Under the pieces are notes generated by a model. The model ran no database searches and had not been told where the DNA came from. It worked only from the letters and a program-made list of their open reading frames with translations. From positions 727,027 to 749,073 of the forward strand of contig CAJNUA010000022.1 of the NCBI GenBank assembly GCA_905330235.1: 22,047 bases of DNA. The letters are read 5' to 3'. Each line of letters opens with the position of its first letter. Within the stretch, counting starts at the first letter, position 1. Below are positions 11,051 to 18,893 of the stretch, piece by piece. The DNA is from Rotaria sp. Lineage: Eukaryota. Position numbers and translations under genes: made by a program.

Positions 11051-11192
11051 TTTACCGGGTTCATCCTTTTTATTATTTACATGTTCTTGATCAAAATAAA
11101 AATGTAACTCGACTTGAAGTTGGTCCTCAAACATTTGTTAAACAAGATCATGAAAAAGTTTTACTTGGGCCAGAACGAATGTTAATAATTCC
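11051..11192 (+). CDS. MVP: MVP paralog A, exon 2
   Basis: Encodes (G)VYRVHPFYYLHVLDQNKNVTRLEVGPQTFVKQDHEKVLLGPERMLIIP(P). This matches the MVP N-terminus (human [36 protein letters not shown]). Donor is GTATGT at 11193, phase 2. Confidence 0.9.
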
Positions 11193-11251
11193 GTATGTTT
11201 AAATACTTTCAATTTAATGAAAAGAAAACTATTTTTTTGAATAATATCTAG

Positions 11252-11535
11252 TCCTCGTCATTATTGTGTTATTGAAAATCCAGCTGTTCGTGACAAAAAT
11301 GGCAAAGTTGTTATCGATGCTAATGGTCAAGTTAAATTATTACATTCAGATGTTGATATTCGATTTTCTCAAGAACCATTTCCTCTTTATCCAGGTGAAA
11401 CACTTAAACAAGCCGTAACACCATTGAAAGTTATTGAACCTAATTGTGCATTACGTCTTCGTGCGGTTCTGGATTTTATTGATGATGAAGGCGAGCAATT
11501 TCGTGCTGGAGATGAATTCCTTTTTTATGGACCAG
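11252..11535 (+). CDS. MVP: MVP paralog A, exon 3
   Basis: Encodes [94 protein letters not shown](G). Human has [38 protein letters not shown]. Donor is GTTAAA at 11536, phase 1. Confidence 0.9.
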
Positions 11536-11598
11536 GTTAAAAAGAATAAATTTAAATTTTATTAGTTAATAATAAAAATTTGAATTTATTTTTTCTAG

Positions 11599-11825
11599 GA
11601 ACTTATATTCCACGTAAAGAAGTTGGTGTTGAAGAACAAATAAAAGCTGTTACTCTTAAACCAAATGAAGCTGTTCGTTTACGTGCTAAAAAGGAAATGA
11701 TCGATCGTGATGGAGTTCAACGGGAAACAGGTGAAGAATGGCTTAATCGTACTAATGGTTCATATTTACCATTAGCTTATGAAGAGGTTGTTGCAACAGT
11801 TAAAGCCTATGTATTAACTGATAAA
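11599..11825 (+). CDS. MVP: MVP paralog A, exon 4
   Basis: Encodes [76 protein letters not shown]. Donor is GTATGA at 11826, phase 0. Confidence 0.9.
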
Positions 11826-11886
11826 GTATGAGTGTTTAGAAACTGTTGAATTGGTTTTTTTTAATGATAGATTTATATTATTTTAG

Positions 11887-12012
11887 AAAGCTCTTCATGT
11901 TCGAGCCTTACGTACATTTGTTGATTCATTTAAACGTAGACGTCTTCATGGAGAAGAATGGTTAGTATATGCTAGTGATGCTGAATCATATATTCCAGAT
12001 GTTTATGAAGAG
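11887..12012 (+). CDS. MVP: MVP paralog A, exon 5
   Basis: Encodes [42 protein letters not shown]. Donor is GTAGAT at 12013. The following intron carries an (AT)n tract. Confidence 0.9.
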
Positions 12013-12016
12013 GTAG

Positions 12017-12032
12017 ATATATATATATATAT
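12017..12032. repeat. (AT)8 microsatellite inside MVP-A intron 5
   Basis: The sequence atatatatatatatat lies immediately after the GTAGAT donor. Confidence 0.85.
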
Positions 12033-12072
12033 GTTTAATTCATAGATAGAAGATAATTGGGAAAATATTTAG

Positions 12073-12183
12073 GTTGTTTGTGTTGTACCTGTAACTGTAT
12101 TAAATTCACGTCAATATTGTGTTATTCTTGATCCAGTTGGTTCCGATGGTAAACCACAACTTGGAAAGAAAAAACTTGTTAAG
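12073..12183 (+). CDS. MVP: MVP paralog A, exon 6
   Basis: Encodes [37 protein letters not shown]. Human has [26 protein letters not shown]. Donor is GTATGA at 12184. Confidence 0.9.
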
Positions 12184-12239
12184 GTATGATAAATGACAAT
12201 TATCTGATTTAATTGACTTAATCATTTTCTTTTTTGAAG

Positions 12240-12362
12240 GGAGAAAAAACATTCTTTCTTCAACCTGGTGAAAAATTAGCTAAAGGTATTCAAGATGTCT
12301 ATGTTCTTGAAGAAGATGAGGGACTTATTCTTCGATGTACTGAATCATTCAAAGAAGATGGA
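12240..12362 (+). CDS. MVP: MVP paralog A, exon 7
   Basis: Encodes [41 protein letters not shown]. Human has [34 protein letters not shown]. Donor is GTAAGT at 12363. Confidence 0.9.
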
Positions 12363-12420
12363 GTAAGTTTATTCTTTGATTTTTTTTAATCAATAATATA
12401 TCTCTTTTTGTTCATTATAG

Positions 12421-13008
12421 AAAGAATTACGTAATCCTGGTGATCGTTGGATGGTTCGAGGACCAAAAGATTATATTCCAGCTGTTGAAGCTGAAGTTGT
12501 ACTTCGTCGTAAAGCTATACCATTAGATGTTAATGAAGGAATTTATGTTCGAGATGTTAAAACTGGTAAAGTTCGATCGGTTATTGGTAGAACATATTTA
12601 TTGACTGAGAATGAAGAACTTTGGGAAAAAGAATTACCTAAACAAGTCGAACAACTTCTTAATCAAGATGCTCGATGTTTTGACGATAAATCATCACAAA
12701 CAGCACCCATACCACCAAGAGATAAATCAAAAGTTATTGCATATCGTGTTCCACATAATGCTTGTGTACAAATTTATGATTTTAAATCTAAAAAAGCCCG
12801 AATTATATTTGGTCCTGAACTTGTTATGCTTGGACCAGATGAACAATTTACAGTTTTAAATTTATCTGGTGAAAAACCAAAGGTACCAAATAAAATTCGA
12901 GCTATTTGTCTTTTAATGGGACCAGAATTTTCAAGTGATGTTGTTACAATTGAATCAAGTGATCATGCTCGACTTTCACTTAGACTTTCATATAATTGGC
13001 ATTTTGAA
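12421..13008 (+). CDS. MVP: MVP paralog A, exon 8
   Basis: ORF track 12451..13035 gives ..[120 protein letters not shown]. Donor is GTAAGA at 13009. Confidence 0.92.
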
Positions 13009-13054
13009 GTAAGAATTGTAGTATTAAGAAAATAAAACATATTTATTTTTTTAG

Positions 13055-13369
13055 ATTAATAATCGTAATGATGAAAAAGAAGTTACTCAACTTTTTTCAG
13101 TACCCGATTTTATTGGTGATTTCTGTAAAGCTGTAGCAGCTAAAATTCGTGGTACTGTTGCTGGTATTTCATTTGATGACTTTCATAAGAATTCAGCAAA
13201 AATTATTCGAACTTCCGTATTTGGTCTTGATGAAAATAAACATGTGAAAAAAAGACTTGTTTTTCCACAAAATAATTTGGTTCTTACATCAATTGATATA
13301 CAAAGTGTTGAACCAGTTGATCAAAGAACACGTGATGCACTTCAAAAGAGTGTTCAATTAGCTATTGAA
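13055..13369 (+). CDS. MVP: MVP paralog A, exon 9
   Basis: Encodes [105 protein letters not shown]. Human has ..[74 protein letters not shown]. Donor is GTAAGA at 13370. Confidence 0.92.
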
Positions 13370-13428
13370 GTAAGATAAATTCTATTGATCTTTCTTTTTT
13401 TGTAGTAAATATTAATGGAATTATTTAG

Positions 13429-13460
13429 ATTACAACAAATTCACAAGAAGCCCAAGCAAA
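13429..13460 (+). CDS. MVP: MVP paralog A, exon 10 (32-nt micro-exon, [11 protein letters not shown])
   Basis: Acceptor is attatttAG. Donor is GTAAGT at 13461, phase 2. Human has [15 protein letters not shown]. Confidence 0.85.
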
Positions 13461-13516
13461 GTAAGTCGAATCGAAGGAAAAATAAAAATATATAACTTGA
13501 ATTTTCTTTTCTCTAG

Positions 13517-13590
13517 ACATTTGGCTTCACGAACAGAACAAGAAGCAAAAGGTCATTTAGAAAGACAAAAAATTGCTGACGAAGCTGAAG
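13517..13590 (+). CDS. MVP: MVP paralog A, exon 11
   Basis: Encodes (K)HLASRTEQEAKGHLERQKIADEAE. Donor is GTAGAA at 13591, phase 1. Confidence 0.85.
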
Positions 13591-13643
13591 GTAGAATTTC
13601 ATGATATATGAAATTGAAATATTATACTTTTACATTTGTTTAG

Positions 13644-13778
13644 CCGAAAAGGAACGTCGAAATCTATTGCAACTTCAAGCTCTATCAGCTGCTGTTGAAT
13701 CCACTGGTCAATCACGTGCTGAAGCTCAATCACGAGCTGAAGCAGCTAAAATCGAGGGTGAATCTGCTGTCAGTCAAG
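13644..13778 (+). CDS. MVP: MVP paralog A, exon 12
   Basis: Encodes [45 protein letters not shown]. Human has [33 protein letters not shown]. This is the coiled-coil cap-helix region. Donor is GTATGT at 13779. Confidence 0.9.
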
Positions 13779-13842
13779 GTATGTTATATATAAATATAAT
13801 ATATTTCATCAATAAAATACGCATGTTTTTTCATTTTTATAG

Positions 13843-14066
13843 CTACACTTCGTGCAAAAGCAGCAAAGATTGAATCTGACACTGAACTATTACGTTTAAT
13901 ACAAGCACGTGAACTTGAATTAAATTATTCAAAAGTAACATCTGATTTGGAAATCGAAAAAACAAAACGATTAGCTGATATTGAAATTGAAGAATTTAAA
14001 CAACATGTTTCTGCCATCGGTCCAGAAACTATTAAAGCTATTGCTACTAGTGGGCCAGATAATCAA
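13843..14066 (+). CDS. MVP: MVP paralog A, exon 13
   Basis: Encodes [75 protein letters not shown]. Donor is GTAAGA at 14067. Confidence 0.9.
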
Positions 14067-14126
14067 GTAAGATTTGTTTTTAATAAAAAGTTTTGTTAAG
14101 ATTTACTTAATATTGTGATTGTGTAG

Positions 14127-14240
14127 GTTAAACTTCTGCAAGCTCTTGGCATTAAGTCAACTTTGATTACTGATGGACGTAGTCCAATTAATCTTTTCAA
14201 TACTGCTGTTGATTTAGTTGGTGCATCAACGAGTTCATAA
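14127..14240 (+). CDS. MVP: MVP paralog A, exon 14 (terminal)
   Basis: Encodes [37 protein letters not shown], with TAA at 14238-14240. Human has [32 protein letters not shown]. Confidence 0.9.
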   Translation, partial: VKLLQALGIKSTLITDGRSPINLFNTAVDLVGASTSS

Positions 14241-14265
14241 TACGATTCGGAAGAACAAATTAAAA

Positions 14266-14271
14266 GAATAA
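14266..14271 (+). promoter_or_regulatory. AATAAA polyadenylation signal for MVP-A (a second AATAAA lies at 14278)
   Basis: A hexamer lies 26 nt past the stop codon. Confidence 0.5.
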
Positions 14272-14695
14272 AAAAACTAATAAACTTTAAAATTCATATG
14301 TCCAGTTTAGACCCGAGATTAGTCAGATTTTTAGAATAAAAGCCCATGTTTTGTTATAAGAAGAAACATAAGATTCTGTTTAATACTAATTTTTTTAATG
14401 TATTTGTGTGATCTCTAAAAAAACAAATTTTACAATCGAAATAAAATAATTTAAAAAGTTTGTTTTATATCGGTCATCTTTATTGATAGCAATAATCGAC
14501 TTAGATTCAATCAATATTTTTAAAAATTCAATTTTTCAATTAGAATGAAGTTGAAGAAATATTTCATGTGCCAAAGTAATCGATCAACTTGCCGAATTCA
14601 GTTTAACTTAGATGATAGAGGAATAAAGTAATATATCATGTTACTTTACCACAGACGAGATCGATTCTACAGGTGGTGGATAGAAATGTGCGGAA

Positions 14696-14730
14696 CCAGT
14701 CTCGGTCCTGCTCTCGGTGACCGAGACTGG
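14696..14730. other. Perfect 12-bp GC-rich stem / 11-nt loop hairpin in the convergent MVP-A/MVP-B intergenic spacer
   Basis: ccagtctcggtc-ctgctctcggt-gaccgagactgg. The arms are exact reverse complements. It is embedded in a locally GC-enriched ~120-bp island (14640-14760) in otherwise AT-rich DNA. Confidence 0.6.
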
Positions 14731-15645
14731 GACTTGGATTCGAAAAACTAAAATCAATGAATCCTAGAACTAAAAAAATTGATCCGGCATATCTTTAGAG
14801 TGACAGAGCTAAAAGGTTTGGATAGGTTCAAAAAACTTTTTCTGCTTTCATTAGTTTGATAGATTGCAGTAACACTACATGCCTATTAAAAATCTTGAAC
14901 AATCAACAAACTGACAATGTCATATTTCTTTTTATGGACAGGTCTGCTTCATGATTTAACTGCTTTTCAGTAGATTACGTCAGAAATTCTTCTTTCAAAG
15001 ATCGGAATTTAATAAGCATAAACATTCGCATGTGTTTTTGTTATTTATCACTGCTATACACTGCAAAATGTGAGTTCGAAATAACAAATACGAACCGATT
15101 TTATCTCTATACTGTAGTGTAACTACTATATACAAAAGACTATCAAGACTTGTGTTTGGCATATATTCGATCAATTTTATTTATCTATTAACAATATTTA
15201 ACATATTTTAATTGTACTAAAAGAATCATAGTTGTGAAAAGTTAGTCTTAGTCCTGCCGAGCAAAGAAAAATAGTTGGTATATCGTAACTCCTACGATCA
15301 AATGAATTCTATTTATTTGAATAGAAAAACACGAATAAATTTTCGAAATTTTGACGAGCAATGAGAAAAATGAACAACAAACTTTTCAAGGTTAAGATTA
15401 CATATCTACGGTTGCGGCTACTTTTAACCGCTTATAAATACATTTATATGACATTAAAATGAAGAAAAAGAACAATTCGGTAGTGCAAAATTCTTTCGGA
15501 TGAAAACCATCTTAGTTTATTATTCATACATGAGCTACAAAATAATTAAAGTGAAATTGTAGAATAAAATTGATAATATGAAAACAGAAAAGGACGGACA
15601 ATGTTATTGTTATTTTTTTCTCTTGAAACAAGAAACAAATTTGAC

Positions 15646-16034
15646 CTAATCTTTGTGTTCAACATGGTAGCCAGTAGGAATCTTAGAATTTTTGATTGCA
15701 GTGGAAGTTAAACCACCTAAAAGTCCTTGTCCAAAACCCATTAGATTAATAGGTGTATGTCCATCAGTAACCAACATTGATTGAAGACCAAGTGCTTGTA
15801 AAAGTTTAACTTGTGTATCTGGACCTGCAGTAGCAATCGATTGAATTGTGGATGCACCAATAGATTCAACTTGTAATTTAAATTTTTCAGTTTCAATGCT
15901 TGACATTTCACTTTTCTTTGATATTTCTAATTCATTTTGTTCACGTACAAATTTGATTTCAGCTTCACGTGCTAATTTTAAACGTGATAATTCAGCTTCA
16001 GCTTCGATTTGTGTAGCTTGAGCCTTGAGAGCAG
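15646..16034 (-). CDS. MVP: MVP paralog B, exon 8 (terminal; stop TAG at 15646-15648)
   Basis: ORF track 15646..16080 gives [128 protein letters not shown]. Confidence 0.9.
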
Positions 16035-16090
16035 CTAAATAAAGCACAACAAATAAATTTTTATTGTAAAACAAAATCATTATTCATTAC

Positions 16091-16331
16091 CTTGCTCAAC
16101 AGCTGCTTCTCCTTCAATTCGAGCTGATTCAGCACGACTTTGTGCTTCAGCTTTAGCTTGACCTGTTGATTCAACAGCAGCTGATAAAGCTTGTAATTCA
16201 AGAAGTTGTTTTCGAACTTCTTCAGCATTAGCTTCATCTTTTATACGTTGCCGTTCCAATAATCCTTTGGCCTCTTGTTCTCGGCGTGAAGCTTCATGTT
16301 TCGCAGCTGCTTCTTGTGAATTTGTTGTAAT
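16091..16331 (-). CDS. MVP: MVP paralog B, exon 7
   Basis: Encodes [80 protein letters not shown]. Donor is GTAATG, phase 1, at the same position as A intron 12. Confidence 0.88.
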
Positions 16332-16389
16332 CTAAATAATTCCATTAATATTTATTATAAAAAAGAAAGATCAACAGAGTTTATCTTAC

Positions 16390-17293
16390 TTCAATAGCTA
16401 ATTGAACACTCTTCTGAAGTGCATCACGTGTTCGTTGATCAACTGGTTCAACACTTTGTATATCAATTGATGTAATAACAAGATTATTTTGTGGAAAAAT
16501 GAATTTGTCTCTTATATGTTGATTAGCATCAAGACCAAATACTGATGCACGAATGATTTGAGCTGAATTTTTATGAAAATCATCAAATTGTGTTCCAGCA
16601 ACAGCACCACGAATACGTGATGCTATAGCTTTAGCTGCATCACCAACAAAATCTGGTACTGAAAAAAGTTTTGCTGCTTCTTTTTCATCATTAATATCAG
16701 GTATTTGAAAATGCCAATTATATGAAAGTTGTAGTGAAAGACGAGCATGATCAGCTGTTTCAATAACAATAACATCAGTAAAAAAATCTGGTCCAAGAAG
16801 TAAACAAAGTGTTTGAATTTGATTAGCTTTTTTCGGTACACTACCACTTAATGAAAGTAATGTAAAATGTTCATCTGGTCCAAGCATAACAAGTTCGGGA
16901 CCAAATATAATACGTGCTTTTTTAGCTTTATAATCATAGATTTGTACACAAGCATTATGTGGAACACGATATGTAACTAATTTTGATTTATCACGTTTAG
17001 TAAAATTTGTATTTGAAGTTGTTGTTTGTTGTTGAGATTGCGATTTATCTGATGCTTGATTACGTGTTAGAACATTTCGTTCAGCTAATGCATCACGTGA
17101 TAACAATTCCTCAACTTGTTTAGGTAATTCTTTTTGCCATAATTCTTCATCTTGTGTTAACATATACGTTTCACCAATGACTGCTCGTACACAACCAGTT
17201 TTTATGTCACGAACATATATACCTTCATTTTCATCTAGTGGCATTGCTTTTCGACGTGTAAGAACTTCAACTTGTGTTGGAGGAATATAATCA
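16390..17293 (-). CDS. MVP: MVP paralog B, exon 6 (covers A exons 8+9 without the intervening intron)
   Basis: ORF track 16381..17244 gives ..[169 protein letters not shown]. Donor is GTAAGA at 16389. Confidence 0.9.
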
Positions 17294-17344
17294 CTAAAAG
17301 TTATAATAATAATTTAAAGTTTTATTCAATAATAAATCTCTTAC

Positions 17345-17529
17345 GTTGGACCACGAATCATCCATCGATCACCGGGATTTCGATTAACATTAGCGTGTTC
17401 ATCTTTAAATTCTTCAATACATTTAAGAATAACACCTTCATCTTCACCTAATATAAAAACATCTTGAATGCCATTTTCAAGTTTTTCACCAGGTTGAAGA
17501 AAGAATGATTTTTCACCCACGACAAGTTT
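17345..17529 (-). CDS. MVP: MVP paralog B, exon 5
   Basis: Encodes [61 protein letters not shown](T). Donor is GTAAGA, phase 2. This intron position is absent from A. Confidence 0.85.
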
Positions 17530-17593
17530 CTAGAAAAAAAATTCCAATAATTCAATTTTCCCTATATGACAAAAAACAATATGTGTGACATAC

Positions 17594-17860
17594 TTTTTTT
17601 CCTAATTGTGGTTTTCCATCAGCAACTGGATCAAGTATAACACAATATTGACGAGAATTCAATGTTATTACATCAACAGCAGCAACTAATTGTTCATATA
17701 CACTAAGAATATGTGTTTCAGTGTCGGCGAGAGTTACAAGCCATTCTTCACCATTCATGCGTTCTTTACCGAAATTGTCTGTAAAAGTTTTTAATGCACG
17801 AATATGAAGAGCTTTTTTATCGGTTAATACAAAAGCATTTTCTACAGAAACAACAGTTTC
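17594..17860 (-). CDS. MVP: MVP paralog B, exon 4
   Basis: Encodes [89 protein letters not shown]. Donor is GTATGT. It partly overlaps ORF track 17552..17758. Confidence 0.88.
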
Positions 17861-17912
17861 CTAAAAATTTCAAAATTTTTAATTAAAATATGCAAATAGA
17901 ATTTAAACTTAC

Positions 17913-18221
17913 ATATGCAAGAGGTAAATAAGCACCGGTTTTTTTAACTAACCATTCTTCACCAGTAACACGATGTTGACCTGCACGATCAATAATTTCT
18001 TTTTTTGCACAAAGTCGTATAGCTTGATTAGGACCAATAACTGTAGCTCGAATTTGTTCCTCAACACTAACTTCTTTACGAGGAATATAAGTAGCTGGTC
18101 CTTCGAATAACCATTCATCACCAGCACGACGTTGTTCCTTTGCTGTTTCATCTTCAAAATCGAGTACAGCTTTTAAACGTAATGCTGAATTAGCAGGAAC
18201 AACTTTTAATGGAGTAACAGG
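17913..18221 (-). CDS. MVP: MVP paralog B, exon 3
   Basis: ORF track 17883..18287 gives [103 protein letters not shown], then GTAAGT. There is no intron at the A exon3/4 site. The ORF-track frame and my base counting differ by 1 nt near 18181-18240, so the start is ±1. Confidence 0.85.
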
Positions 18222-18295
18222 CTGAACAAAACCAAAAGAATTATATATCAAATTAGTTTTATTTCTGTCAATTGAAAAAAGTTTCAACTTTATAC

Positions 18296-18464
18296 CTGAC
18301 GAAGAATTTCACCGGGATAAAGAGGAAATGGTGCTTGATCAGGTTGAGCAAGACGAATATCCAAATCAGCATGAATAAGCTTTGCTTGTCCATTTTTATC
18401 AAATTGAACATCTCCAGCTTCATTACGTACTACGGGTGATTCAATAACACAATAATGGCGTGGT
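18296..18464 (-). CDS. MVP: MVP paralog B, exon 2
   Basis: Encodes [56 protein letters not shown]. Donor is GTATAA. This intron has no counterpart in paralog A. Confidence 0.85.
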
Positions 18465-18524
18465 CTAAATTATTCAAATCATTATTTTCTTTGTTTGTTT
18501 TTTTTATGTAACAAATTTACGTAC

Positions 18525-18715
18525 GGTACTGTAATCATCTTTTCTGGTCCAACAGTGACTGTTTCATTATCTTGCTTAATAAATGTTTTTGGACCGATTT
18601 CGAGTCGTGTAACATTTGTATTTTGATCCAAAACATGAATATAATAATAAGGAGGAATTCGATAGAGTGGACCAGAACCACTTTTATTATCAGTTGTAGC
18701 TGTTGTTTTACTCAT
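18525..18715 (-). CDS. MVP: Major vault protein paralog B, exon 1
   Basis: ATG at 18715 (minus strand). Encodes [64 protein letters not shown](P). Donor is GTACGT, phase 2, at the same position as the A exon2/3 junction. ORF track 18482..18715. Confidence 0.9.
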
Positions 18716-18858
18716 CGTATGTTTATAACTGTTGGTTTGCTAGTAACAATCTAGACAAAAAGAACGTTGATGTGCTTTTATAAACTGAAAAAATAAAGAA
18801 TATGATATTGCATGCTAAATGATTAAGTATTTTTCAAATCATTGTGCAAGTTTGCCCT

Positions 18859-18893
18859 CTGAAAGAGAAAGGAAGAGAAAAAAAGCGAGACAA
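18859..18893 (-). promoter_or_regulatory. Polypyrimidine-CAG acceptor-like site, about 145 nt upstream of the MVP-B ATG (minus strand)
   Basis: Minus strand reads gtctcgctttttttctcttcctttctctttCAG. A second site, attctttattttttCAG, lies at 18785-18801. Confidence 0.35.

Noticed and set aside
12611-12859. 82-aa plus-strand ORF ([23 protein letters not shown]..)
   Set aside because: It lies entirely inside MVP-A exon 8 in a shifted frame. The product is low-complexity, AT-codon driven and has no homology. The MVP frame is the conserved one.
13601-13873. 90-aa plus-strand ORF spanning MVP-A exon 12
   Set aside because: It is a read-through of exon 12 into intron 12 (the donor GTATGT at 13779 is ignored). 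It is not an independent gene.
14726-14760. GGATTCGAA with flanking ggattc/gaatcc pairing, looked at as a tRNA T-arm or Pol III B-box
   Set aside because: The loop would be 17 nt rather than 7, no acceptor or anticodon stems can be drawn, and there is no A-box. It is kept only as a weak element of the hairpin finding.
16623-16847. 74-aa minus-strand ORF inside MVP-B exon 6; likewise 17948..18157 inside exon 3
   Set aside because: Alternate-frame ORFs produced by AT-rich codon usage, with products rich in L/K/I/F. They are overlapped by strongly conserved MVP coding frames.
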